Source: Candidatus Latescibacterota bacterium (GTDB taxonomy: Bacteria > Latescibacterota > UBA2968 > GCA-2709665). From it: a DNA stretch of 64,000 bases. The stretch lies in NCBI GenBank assembly GCA_965248435.1, contig OZ252100.1:1536001-1600000 (forward strand), written 5' to 3'. The notes below the pieces were generated by a model, which ran no database searches, was not told the origin of the DNA, and saw only the letters and a program-made list of their open reading frames with translations. Position numbers and translations under genes: made by a program. Within the stretch, counting starts at the first letter, position 1, and the number at the start of each line of letters is the position of its first letter. Below are positions 38,385-47,654 of this stretch, one piece after another.

Positions 38385-39187
38385 TAGCTCACGATGTTGT
38401 TCGTCTCTCTCATCATTTCATCCGATGTCCGAATCGCTCGGGCATTCACCTCATACGTCCGCTGCGCCATGATCATATTCACGAGTTCATCCACGACCTG
38501 GACGTTGGAGAGTTCCAGGAACCCCTGTGAGATCCTCCCGAAACCCTCTGTGTTCGGCTGTCCCGATATCGGAGGGCCCGAGGCCTCGGTCTCCAGGTAG
38601 AGATTGCGTCCGATGCTCCGAAGGCCCGCAGGGTTGATGAACTTGGCCAGCTCGATCTGGCCGACGTTGGCTGCGGCGGTTTCGCCGGACGACAGCGTCT
38701 CGACGTTTCCGTCCGACGCGATGTTTATGCTTACCGCGTCCTGACTGATCGTGATCGGCGGCTCCATAGTAAATCCATCGGAGGTGACCAGCTGGCCCTC
38801 GTTGGACCGCTTGAACGCCCCGTCGCGCGTGAAGGCGATCGACCCATCAGGCAGGGACACCTGGAAGAACCCGTCTCCGTTGATGCCTTCGTTCTCGATG
38901 GCGATGTCCAGAGGGTTATTCGTCGCGGTGACATCTCCCTGCGCGAAGATCCGCTGTGTGGCGACCACGCGGGTCCCGTAACCGATCTGAATCTCCACCG
39001 GCACGAGTGCGCCCTGCGCGGCCGAAGTCCCCGCAGTTCGAATCGTCTGATAGAGCAGATCCTGAAACTCCGCTTTGCTTCGCTTGAACCCCGTGGTATT
39101 CACGTTCGCAAGGTTGTTCGAGATGTTGTCGATGTTCAGTTGCTGGGCAATCATGCCTGTCGCAGAAGTCCTTAGCGCTCTCGACAC
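38384..39187 (-). CDS. flgG: Distal rod protein FlgG
   Basis: ISNNLANVNTTGFK...FQDLLYQ, TRDGAF, FINPAGL, GFLELSNV. Confidence 0.97.
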   Translation of the reverse strand: MSRALRTSATGMIAQQLNIDNISNNLANVNTTGFKRSKAEFQDLLYQTIRTAGTSAAQGALVPVEIQIGYGTRVVATQRIFAQGDVTATNNPLDIAIENEGINGDGFFQVSLPDGSIAFTRDGAFKRSNEGQLVTSDGFTMEPPITISQDAVSINIASDGNVETLSSGETAAANVGQIELAKFINPAGLRSIGRNLYLETEASGPPISGQPNTEGFGRISQGFLELSNVQVVDELVNMIMAQRTYEVNARAIRTSDEMMRETNNIVS

Positions 39188-39225
39188 TACACATTACCTC
39201 CGGTTGAGGTGGGGGATGGCACTAG

Positions 39226-39996
39226 CTAGGGTCTGGCTCGGCCGACCTCGTTTACAGCCCGTCTGAGCGTGTCATCTTGTGCCCGAAGGGCTCGTTGGTC
39301 GGACTCATAAGACCGGAAGAGACTGATCATGTCCACCATCTGGACAATCGGATTAGCATTAGACTGCTCTAAGAAGCCCTGCATGACTTTGGTATCTGAG
39401 GTGATCGCTGCTCTGCTCACGCCCGGCTTGGGAACAAAAAATCCGTTCTGCCTTCGCTCCAGCCGGGTGACCCCGTCCGGGTCCTGGTAGTATCCTTCCT
39501 CATCCTTCTGGAAGTCGTGTATCGCCAAGGTCGCGTTCAGCGTGCCGTTTTCAAAGATCTCGCCGTTCTCGTTCACCGTAAAATCGGATCCCTGCAGCTC
39601 AATCCGTCCACCCCTGTCGTCCAGGACCTCGTAACCGAGGTTGGTCACCAGGGTGCCATCCCGGTTGATCGAAAATTCTCCGTTCCGTGTGTAGAGATCG
39701 CCCTGGGGCGTCCTCACCTGGAAGAATCCAGGTCCGCTGATCGCAAATTGCTGCTTGCTGTCTGTCTGTCTCAAGGCGCCTTGATCGAAATCGATGTAGG
39801 CACCCGAAATCTGATTCTTGCGCCAGACCGGATAACCGCCCGAGCCTTTTCGCCGCGCCTCGCCCAGCTCCCTCAGGAAGATTCCGTCTCGCTTGAAGCC
39901 CGGAACATCACTGTTGGCCAGGTTGTTCGCGATGACTTCTTGTCGAGTGGAGCGATTCAGCAAGCTCGAGCCCGATGTGTAGATCCCTTCCGACAT
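39226..39996 (-). CDS. flgF: Proximal rod protein FlgF
   Basis: IANNLAN...GFK, YTRNGEF, QGFLEQSN; precedes flgG. Confidence 0.9.
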   Translation of the reverse strand: MSEGIYTSGSSLLNRSTRQEVIANNLANSDVPGFKRDGIFLRELGEARRKGSGGYPVWRKNQISGAYIDFDQGALRQTDSKQQFAISGPGFFQVRTPQGDLYTRNGEFSINRDGTLVTNLGYEVLDDRGGRIELQGSDFTVNENGEIFENGTLNATLAIHDFQKDEEGYYQDPDGVTRLERRQNGFFVPKPGVSRAAITSDTKVMQGFLEQSNANPIVQMVDMISLFRSYESDQRALRAQDDTLRRAVNEVGRARP

Positions 39997-40090
39997 CCGT
40001 TACTCCATTTCTGTTTCGCTTGGGGTGGATACGCAATGCCAACCCCGAGCGGGTGAATTTCCCCCTACTCAAGGGAGTCATCCACGTTAT

Positions 40091-40106
40091 AGCAACCCCT
40101 ATGCCA
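40091..40106 (-). promoter_or_regulatory. Sigma54 promoter of the flgF operon
   Basis: TGGCAT-AGGGG-TTGCT on the minus strand, 94 nt upstream of flgF. Confidence 0.85.
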
Positions 40107-40409
40107 GCCAAAGGCCCTGAGGGAAATCACTGCGCTATTTACTTGTAAAAAATATAGTTATCCTCCCTCCGCAGCCCTGAAAACGCGCCATGGCGCCCTT
40201 GCTTTTGCGTCCAGAAGGAACGAATTTCCCCACACGGTCACGCCTGCGGACGCCCCCGATTTTTTTCGAATCCTTTCATTCCCCGTTGGATTCCGCGCAT
40301 TCAGGTCCATTCTCCGACCGGATTGATCTCCCTTTATCAATGTATTACCTTGGGTCTGCCCCTCGAGATCCCGGTCGGGATTCGAGCGAAGGCAGGAGAT
40401 CTGTACGAG

Positions 40410-41597
40410 ATGAAGATCACGAACGTCGAAAGCTTCATCGTAGATGCCGGCTGGAGGCCCTGGACCTTCGTCAAAGTGGAGACGGATGAGGGCATCACCG
40501 GTTACGGGGAGTGCAGCGACGGCAGAAACCCGTATGGGGTTGCCGGCACGGTCCAGGACGTGAGGGCCCTGCTCATCGGCAAGGACCCCAGGCCCTACGA
40601 GATGAGATTCTGGGACCTCTACCGACGGCTCCGACAGAGCCCTGGCGGTACGGCTGCGAAGGCTATCGCTGGAATAGAATGCGCCCTTTTAGACATCAAA
40701 GCGAAAGCCCTGGGGATATCGGTGGTCGAGCTCTTTGGAGGTCCGACCCGGGACGACATCCGGCTCTACTGGTCTCACTGCGGGACGAGCCGCGCCCGAT
40801 ACCCGGACATCTTGAACACGCCCCCCCTGCGCACGATGGACGATATCGTCGAGCTGGGCAGAGAGGTCGCGGAAAAAGGGTTCACGGCCCTGAAGACCAA
40901 CATCGTCCTCCCCGGCGAACCCGCCTCCGTCCATTTCGGCGGATTCGGAGGCGGCCCGGGGACCACCGATCAAATCCTCACGAAGGACCTGCTAGACCCT
41001 ATTGTCGATCTGATCCGAAGCTTCCGGGAAGGCGCGGGTCCGGATGTCGACATCAACCTGGACCTCAACTTCAACTTCAAACCGGAAGCCTGCGTGCAGA
41101 TCGCGAGGGCACTCGAGCCGTATGACCTGCTCTGGCTGGAACTCGACATGTACGATCCAGAGGCGGTTCTTCAGATCAAGCAGTCCACATCCACGAGGAT
41201 CTGCACCGGTGAAAACCTCTTCTACATGGGCCAGTACCTCCCCTACTTCGAGCGGCACGCCGCGGATGTGTTCATGGTGGACGTGCCCTGGAACGGCTTT
41301 GCACAATCCAAAAAGATCGGGGACCTCGCCGAGGTCTATCAGCTCAACGTCGCCCCCCACAATTACTACAGCCACCTTGCGACCTTTATGAGCGCGAGCC
41401 TCAGCGCCGTTCTGCCCAATGTGCGCATCATGGAGATCGATATCGACGACGTGCCGTGGAAAGACGACCTGGTGACGCAGCCTCCAGATATCACAGATGG
41501 GCACATGAAGATCCCGACCGGCCCCGGATGGGGCACGGATCTGAACGAAGCGGAGCTGAAGAGACGACGCTGGCAGGACAAACAGGCACCCTGGTGA
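40410..41597 (+). CDS. Mandelate racemase/muconate lactonizing enzyme family protein (acid-sugar dehydratase-like)
   Basis: MKIT.VE, ALLDIKAKALG...LFGG, WLE, TGE, APHN, PTGPGWG; AGGAG SD. Confidence 0.92.
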   Translation: MKITNVESFIVDAGWRPWTFVKVETDEGITGYGECSDGRNPYGVAGTVQDVRALLIGKDPRPYEMRFWDLYRRLRQSPGGTAAKAIAGIECALLDIKAKALGISVVELFGGPTRDDIRLYWSHCGTSRARYPDILNTPPLRTMDDIVELGREVAEKGFTALKTNIVLPGEPASVHFGGFGGGPGTTDQILTKDLLDPIVDLIRSFREGAGPDVDINLDLNFNFKPEACVQIARALEPYDLLWLELDMYDPEAVLQIKQSTSTRICTGENLFYMGQYLPYFERHAADVFMVDVPWNGFAQSKKIGDLAEVYQLNVAPHNYYSHLATFMSASLSAVLPNVRIMEIDIDDVPWKDDLVTQPPDITDGHMKIPTGPGWGTDLNEAELKRRRWQDKQAPW

Positions 41598-41614
41598 ACC
41601 GAGGAGGACCGACG

Positions 41615-42718
41615 ATGCTGATCTTCGACGGCGATTACCCGATGGCGCCCGTTGCCACCGAGGGAAACCTGGATTTGACCCGGCCCATCGATGAGGTGCG
41701 CGCCTCCGATCCCGGCAACGCGTTCAGGATGTTTTCCGATCGTGCAGAAGTCATGACCTCGCTGCCGGAGATGCGCCGCGGTAGGATCGCGGGCGCCCTC
41801 GTGAAGCTGAGCGGGCGGATCTGGAGGCCAGGGAGTACCCTCTGGGGTTACGCGAGCGGGCACCTGGCTTACGCTGCCGCCCACGGGCAGCTCGCCTACT
41901 ACCGCGTGCTTGAAGCGGAAGGTGAGGTAAGACTCCTCACGACGAAGCGAAGCGTAAGGGAGCACATGCAGACCTGGGCAGAAGCGGATCAACACGATGG
42001 CCTGCCGGTCGGATTCGTGATCGGAATGGAGGGGGCCGATCCAATCCTTTCGCCCGGACAGGTCGGCGAATGGGTTGAAGCCGGTTTGAGGGTCGTCAGC
42101 CTCACGCACTACGGTGTGAGCACCTATGCCCACGGAACGGCCACCGGCACATCCGGGGGGCTCTTTCCCCCGGCCAAAGACCTGCTTCGCGAGATGGACG
42201 CTGCCGGAGTGATCCTGGACCTGACCCACGCCTCGGACGAGTCGGTCCGGCAGGCCCTGGAGATCTTTACCGGCCCCATCCTGGCGAGCCATCAGAACTG
42301 CAGGGCACTGGTACCTGGGGAAAGACAGTTTCCGGACGAGCAGCTCAAATGGATCATCGAGCGCGGCGGCGTGATCGGGGCCTCCATGGATGCGTATATG
42401 CTCTACAAGCCGGGCATCGACTGGGCCAACATCCAGGACCGGCGATCCGTCTACGCCAGGGACACGATTACCCTTGGGGACCTCGTTGACCACATCGATC
42501 ACGTCTGCCAGTTGGCTGGCAACGCCCGCCACGCAGCGATCGGCGGCGATACGGACGGCCAGGGAGGGAAGAAGGGCGCCCCATACGAAATCGACACCGT
42601 AGCCGATTATCAGAAAGTGGGCGACATCCTCGAAGCGCGAGGCTACGCCCGAGAGGACATCAAAAATATCATGTACCGAAACTGGCAGCGATTCTTCGAA
42701 ACCTGGCTGCCCGCATAG
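41615..42718 (+). CDS. Membrane dipeptidase (M19)/amidohydrolase-like protein
   Basis: GMEGAD, SLTHYG, ILDLTH, ASHQNCRAL...RQ, DHIDH, GGDTDG, NW.RFF; GAGGAGG SD. Confidence 0.88.
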   Translation: MLIFDGDYPMAPVATEGNLDLTRPIDEVRASDPGNAFRMFSDRAEVMTSLPEMRRGRIAGALVKLSGRIWRPGSTLWGYASGHLAYAAAHGQLAYYRVLEAEGEVRLLTTKRSVREHMQTWAEADQHDGLPVGFVIGMEGADPILSPGQVGEWVEAGLRVVSLTHYGVSTYAHGTATGTSGGLFPPAKDLLREMDAAGVILDLTHASDESVRQALEIFTGPILASHQNCRALVPGERQFPDEQLKWIIERGGVIGASMDAYMLYKPGIDWANIQDRRSVYARDTITLGDLVDHIDHVCQLAGNARHAAIGGDTDGQGGKKGAPYEIDTVADYQKVGDILEARGYAREDIKNIMYRNWQRFFETWLPA

Positions 42719-42730
42719 AAGATTGTAATT

Positions 42731-42840
42731 CTGGAGTATTGCAGTACTGGAGTGTTAGAGTAATGGGAAAGCGAAGACAAACAGTATTCACGATGCCTTC
42801 CATTACTCCATTACTCCATTACTCCAGCACCCCATTTCCA
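42731..42840. repeat. Inverted arrays of degenerate 8-mers (TGGAGTAW / TTACTCCA)
   Basis: CTGGAGTATTGCAGTACTGGAGTGTTAGAGTAATGG ... CCATTACTCCATTACTCCATTACTCCAG. Confidence 0.8.
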
Positions 42841-42884
42841 GCACTGGCAGCTTTCGCTCTTCGTGTCCTCATTACACTTGATCC

Positions 42885-44429
42885 ATGACTGATAGACCGA
42901 ATATCCTCCTGATCATGACGGACCAGCACGCGCCCAAAATCTCGGGCTTCGCGGGCGACTCCGTCGTGAACACTCCGCATCTCGACGAACTGGCCGCCCG
43001 ATCCATACAGTTCGACACCGCCGTATGTGCTTCCCCTGTCTGCACCCCTTCCCGAATGTGCACGCTCACCGCAAAAGAGGCCCATCGCTGCAGCGCCTGG
43101 AACAATCACTGGGCCATCTTTCCCGAACACCTCACCTGGCCCGCACATTTTGCGGCATACGGCTACCGTACCTGTCTCGTCGGGAAGATGCACTTCGGGG
43201 GACGCGACCAGATGCAGGGGTTCCAGTTCAGGCCCTACGGCGACCTTCGCCACGGATTAGGACATCAACCCGACCCGATCGATCTCTTCCCGGCATACGC
43301 GGGTGCATCCGGCGCAGGAGTCACCGAAATCCCTGAAAGCCTGCTCCAGGAGGTTATCGTCACGAGGGAATCCCTCGCCTTCCTCCTCGAACACCAGGAC
43401 CGCGAGCCGGACGTCCCCTGGTTTTTCTGTGCCTCATACTCCCGTCCTCATTCTCCGTTCACGGCGCCAGGACGCTACATCCGACGATACCGGGACAAGG
43501 TCCCACGCGTCGAACTCCCGGAGGACTTCAAGGAGCGTATGGATCCCTTCGCCCGGAAGATGTATGGCGGCGAAACCGGAGGAGATTTGTCTCTCGAACA
43601 AACCCAGCGCGCCCGCGAAGCCTACTATGCCTGCGTAGACTTCGTGGACGACTGCATCGGAGAGCTGATGGATGGGCTCGAGCAGGCCGGACTGCTCGAA
43701 AACACGATCGTCATCTACACGAGCGACCACGGGGAGATGGCCGGGTTGCACGGCCTCTGGGGCAAGGTGGTCCACTTCGAGCCCTCCGTCGGTGTCCCCC
43801 TCCTGATCTTTGGTCCGGGAATTCGCGAAGGGCATCACAGAGTGGGCCATCCCACGTCCTTGATGGATCTTTACCCCACGACCTGTTCGCTTGCGGGCAT
43901 CCCCGTCCCTGACCATCTGGACGGGGTGGATTTCGCCGGGGTCCTGGCCGATCCAGAGTCCGCGAAGTCGCCCCGAACCTATGCCCCCAGCGCCTACTAT
44001 GCCTACGGTGTGAAGACCAGAGGGGCCGTGGGGGCCGCCGAGTCCGAGCCTCACAACGCGATGCGGCTCGTGAGGGACCGGGATTGGAAGTATGTGGAGA
44101 TAGAGGGCGGGCCGCCCCTCCTGTTCGACACGCTCCACGACCCGGATGAGACGACCAACCTGGCCGAGCAACAGGATCAGGCGGAGCGGTGCCGAGCGAT
44201 GCGGGAGGCCCTTTTCGAGGGGTTCAGCTGGGAAGATGTGCACCGCCAACTCGCGGAGGACCGCGAGCGGATCAAAGCCTTCCTCTCCGGCCAGAAGCCA
44301 TCCACGCCAAACCAGTATATGCTTGCCGACGGGCGGGTCTTCGATGCAGAGGCCGACCTCTACGGGGCCCGCTGGCTCTACCGTCCTCCCTCCCAGGGAG
44401 GAGGCATCATCCCCCAGCAATTCGGTTGA
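42885..44429 (+). CDS. Cys-type sulfatase (choline-sulfatase-like)
   Basis: PNILLIMTDQH, CTPSR (CxPxR), GKMH, PHSP, TSDHGEM. Confidence 0.95.
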   Translation: MTDRPNILLIMTDQHAPKISGFAGDSVVNTPHLDELAARSIQFDTAVCASPVCTPSRMCTLTAKEAHRCSAWNNHWAIFPEHLTWPAHFAAYGYRTCLVGKMHFGGRDQMQGFQFRPYGDLRHGLGHQPDPIDLFPAYAGASGAGVTEIPESLLQEVIVTRESLAFLLEHQDREPDVPWFFCASYSRPHSPFTAPGRYIRRYRDKVPRVELPEDFKERMDPFARKMYGGETGGDLSLEQTQRAREAYYACVDFVDDCIGELMDGLEQAGLLENTIVIYTSDHGEMAGLHGLWGKVVHFEPSVGVPLLIFGPGIREGHHRVGHPTSLMDLYPTTCSLAGIPVPDHLDGVDFAGVLADPESAKSPRTYAPSAYYAYGVKTRGAVGAAESEPHNAMRLVRDRDWKYVEIEGGPPLLFDTLHDPDETTNLAEQQDQAERCRAMREALFEGFSWEDVHRQLAEDRERIKAFLSGQKPSTPNQYMLADGRVFDAEADLYGARWLYRPPSQGGGIIPQQFG

Positions 44430-44457
44430 TCCAGCCGGCTTGAAAACCACTATTCTA

Positions 44458-44486
44458 TTGACTTATCTCCGCGTCAGGTCTAGATT
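44458..44486 (+). promoter_or_regulatory. Putative sigma70 promoter
   Basis: TTGACT-N17-TAGATT, 23 nt before the ATG at 44510. Confidence 0.6.
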
Positions 44487-44509
44487 TAGACTCTCTTCGA
44501 GGGTCATCG

Positions 44510-45154
44510 ATGCGATTGAACAAAGAATGGCGGATCTACCTCTCGAGCCTCGGCGCGCTCCTCCTGGCCGCAGGGGCAACAGCGTTTTTCCTTCCCGATT
44601 ACAGGAACCTGTTCTACCTCTTCCTGTATTCCGCACCCTCCAACTCCTTTATCCCCGTTCCGCACGAGCCTGCGATGATCTTCTTCGGGCGCCTCTACCT
44701 GCCTGAGCTTGTCGCGCTCGTTGCAGCTGTCGGGACGTTGATCCCCTGCTTCATCGACTACAAGGCCATCAGTTTCGCCTTTCAAGCGGAAAAACTCAGG
44801 AAAATACGGGACAGCAAGGTCTACGGCGGGGCCGTCTACTACTTCCTGAAGGCCCCGTTCGTCTGCGTCTTCCTTGCCGCTTTGCTGCCTTTCATCCCGT
44901 TCTACATCTTTAGAGTACTCAGCCCGACGAGTGGCTACGCACTCAGCCGCTATATGCTGGCCGTCTTCCTCGGCAGGATCCCCCGCTATTATCTGTTCGC
45001 CTTGCTGGGGACCCTTCCGATACTTCCCCTGCTGCTCGTCATCAGCATCGTGCTGATCGTCTGTGCCCTTTCCTACGCAGTCATCAAACGTCACCTGGTT
45101 TCACGCAGCGAAGGGTCTCCAGGTCCCGTCCAACCCACGCATTCCCGGGTTTAG
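44510..45154 (+). CDS. VTT/DedA-like membrane protein
   Basis: Hydrophobic; PVPHEP, PFIPF, GRIPRY motifs. Confidence 0.75.
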   Translation: MRLNKEWRIYLSSLGALLLAAGATAFFLPDYRNLFYLFLYSAPSNSFIPVPHEPAMIFFGRLYLPELVALVAAVGTLIPCFIDYKAISFAFQAEKLRKIRDSKVYGGAVYYFLKAPFVCVFLAALLPFIPFYIFRVLSPTSGYALSRYMLAVFLGRIPRYYLFALLGTLPILPLLLVISIVLIVCALSYAVIKRHLVSRSEGSPGPVQPTHSRV

Positions 45155-45158
45155 CCGA

Positions 45159-46589
45159 ATGTCCAGCGCGCCTTTTCAGGCCTGCATTCTCTTTCTCGTG
45201 GATGGGGCACGGCCCGACGTCCTTGACGACCTGATGCAACGCGGCGAACTGCCGAACATCTCTCGTTACATCGTGGAGCCCGGTTCATTCTGTCGGGCGA
45301 CCACCGTCTTTCCCTCGACCACCGGTCCCGCATACCTTCCTTTCCTGACCGGTACCTACCCCGGTCCGAGCAACCTCCCTGGAATCCGTTGGTTCGACAG
45401 AAAGGCGTTTTCCCGATATGGCATCTGGGGCTGGAAGAGCTGCCGCTCCTATATCGGCCCGGGGAGCTACTGCATCAACAATGACCTGACACTCCCGTTC
45501 CCGACGATCTTCGAGCGTTTCGAACGGCCCGCGAACATTTTCAGCGCCATCAATCGAGGCGTCGGGTTCGTGGGCAACTCCACGAAGGCGATCCGCAGTG
45601 CCTACTGGCTCTACGCGCACTGGACAGACCGCTGGCAACCTGTAGACAGGGCCGCCGGGCGGCTCCTCATCAGTGCCATCCGTCGGAGGTCGGACTTCGT
45701 CTTTGTCGTCTTTCCCGGCGTCGACGAATTCTCTCACCTGAGACATCCTTTCGCGGACGAAGTCCTGGAATCTTATCGTGAGCTGGATCGCGCGGTCGGG
45801 AACGCAGCAGCAGAGCTCTCTGCCCAGGGTAGGGCTGAAGAGACGCTCCTGGTGCTCGTTAGCGACCACGGACTCACCGAAACCCGAAATCATTTCGACC
45901 CGGGCGACCTGCTCGATTCCCTCGGCCTGCGAACCCTCCACTTTCCAAAGGTCTTCCGCCCCGACGCGGACGCCGCGTTCATGGTCTCCGGGAACGGAAT
46001 GGGCCACGTCTATTTTCGTGCGAAGCGGGGCTGGGAAGAACGGATGTGTTTTGAAGACATCCGTGAGCTCAAACCCGATCCGGTGACCGAGTTTCTCTGC
46101 AGAAGTGAAATCGATCTGGTCGCGAGTCGGGCTCACGACGGCGGGGTCTGGGTGGTCGGACAGAATGGGGAGGCTCGGATATTCGAAAGAGGAGGGCGCT
46201 ACACCTATGAGATCCTTTCCGGGGACCCGCTGGGCTACGGTCCCCTCTCTCCCGAGCTGGATGCCGAACAGGCTCATGCCCTGACCTTTGAGACGGACTA
46301 CCCGGACGGTCTGGTCCAACTCGCACAGATCTTTGAGGCCCCGAGGGCGGGGGACCTGATCCTCAGTGCGAAGGTGGGCTGTGACCTCAGATCGTGTGAA
46401 TATGAAAACCCGGATCACCACGCTTCGCACGGCTCTTTATACCGCGAGCACATGCACGTTCCCCTGGCCATAAACACCCCCGTCCAGAACGATCGCCTGC
46501 GCACCGTCGACCTGTTCCCTTCAATCCTCCAGCTGACGGGACGGCCCTTCCCGGGAGACATCGAAGGAAGGACGGTTGGTGCTTCTTAG
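45159..46589 (+). CDS. Alkaline phosphatase superfamily, nucleotide pyrophosphatase/phosphodiesterase
   Basis: VDGAR, FPSTTGP (Thr nucleophile), DEFSH, SDHG, SHGS. Confidence 0.88.
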   Translation: MSSAPFQACILFLVDGARPDVLDDLMQRGELPNISRYIVEPGSFCRATTVFPSTTGPAYLPFLTGTYPGPSNLPGIRWFDRKAFSRYGIWGWKSCRSYIGPGSYCINNDLTLPFPTIFERFERPANIFSAINRGVGFVGNSTKAIRSAYWLYAHWTDRWQPVDRAAGRLLISAIRRRSDFVFVVFPGVDEFSHLRHPFADEVLESYRELDRAVGNAAAELSAQGRAEETLLVLVSDHGLTETRNHFDPGDLLDSLGLRTLHFPKVFRPDADAAFMVSGNGMGHVYFRAKRGWEERMCFEDIRELKPDPVTEFLCRSEIDLVASRAHDGGVWVVGQNGEARIFERGGRYTYEILSGDPLGYGPLSPELDAEQAHALTFETDYPDGLVQLAQIFEAPRAGDLILSAKVGCDLRSCEYENPDHHASHGSLYREHMHVPLAINTPVQNDRLRTVDLFPSILQLTGRPFPGDIEGRTVGAS

Positions 46590-46610
46590 GCAGGGCCCTG
46601 CACCGGCCAA

Positions 46611-47276
46611 ATGACCGTAATGAGCATCTTCTATATCGGGGTTTCCCTCGACCTCATCGGCGTCCTCCTCATCGGCCTGGACTTGATGGGGCGCAACCGG
46701 ATCGAACGGTTTGAAGCGCAGCTCCAACGCCTCCTCCGCGACACGGCTGTAGCCCTCTTCACTCCGGCCTACGTCTTCCAGACATTTCAGGACCTTTTTT
46801 ACAAACGCCGCGTATTCTTCTGGTTTCTTGCACTCACCCCGGTCCTGCTGCTGCCCCGGTATGTCGCGTGGTTGATCACGACGCCCGTCTGGTACTATGT
46901 CCGCGGGCTCGGCATCCTCTGGTCGATCATCGGCGCATTCTGTCTGCCACTCGTCCTCTTCAGTCTTCTCCTCTGGGTCTGTTTCCACAGACATGCCGGG
47001 TTTCCGGTCTGGGTCGACCATCTGCTTGCGGTCGCCGCCTTCCCCTTCCGTCCCGGGCTTGTCCTGACCCTGCCCGCGGCCTTCATCTTCCTCCTGCTGC
47101 CCGTCCTCCTGAACTTCATCTTCATCAAAGGACTGCTCTATGTCCTCTACGCAGTCACCGTCCTACTATGGCACTTCCCCTTCCTCCACCCCGCCAGGGG
47201 CTCCCTCGCGCTGCGTCTGATGGGCATCCTCTGCCTGGGCGCAGGGGTCACGGTCCAGCTGATCACGATGTTCTAG
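46611..47276 (+). CDS. Hypothetical integral membrane protein
   Basis: 221 aa with several hydrophobic segments; 21 nt after the previous stop. Confidence 0.65.
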   Translation: MTVMSIFYIGVSLDLIGVLLIGLDLMGRNRIERFEAQLQRLLRDTAVALFTPAYVFQTFQDLFYKRRVFFWFLALTPVLLLPRYVAWLITTPVWYYVRGLGILWSIIGAFCLPLVLFSLLLWVCFHRHAGFPVWVDHLLAVAAFPFRPGLVLTLPAAFIFLLLPVLLNFIFIKGLLYVLYAVTVLLWHFPFLHPARGSLALRLMGILCLGAGVTVQLITMF

Positions 47277-47290
47277 ACATCCCGTTCCTC

Positions 47291-47350
47291 GGGGCGTCTC
47301 TAACCGACAGGGCACGAAAAAACGCCGCCAGAAATCAGATCTGACGGCGT
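47291..47350. repeat. Second copy of the REP-half plus terminator repeat
   Basis: 40/41 identity with 21634-21674 plus shared GGGGCGTCTC. Confidence 0.85.
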
Positions 47351-47420
47351 GGTATTGGACACGGCGTACCGTGTCCCTTCTTCTCTGTCTCTTTCTTCTC
47401 GATCCACTTACGCGAAATTC

Positions 47421-47479
47421 AAATCCCCCTCAATCCCCCTCCCTCGACAAGCTCGGGACATGCTTTTCAAAGGGGGAAG
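47421..47479 (+). repeat. CCCCCT...AGGGGG palindromic element carrying a 23-nt insertion (47441-47463)
   Basis: Flanks align without gaps to the empty copy at 60600-60635. Confidence 0.8.
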
Positions 47480-47654
47480 GTTGCTTCTCGTTTAACACAT
47501 TGTGGATCGTTTCCGTGGATCTCCGCGTGTTCTTCCGTGATCCAGGTTTTTCTGCGGTACCCGGTACCCGTATTTTGATTTCCCGGGGCGACGCAGGCGT
47601 CGCCCCAAACCGTAAGATCCCTGTAACCTATCTACCTATCCCGGTACCCGTTTT

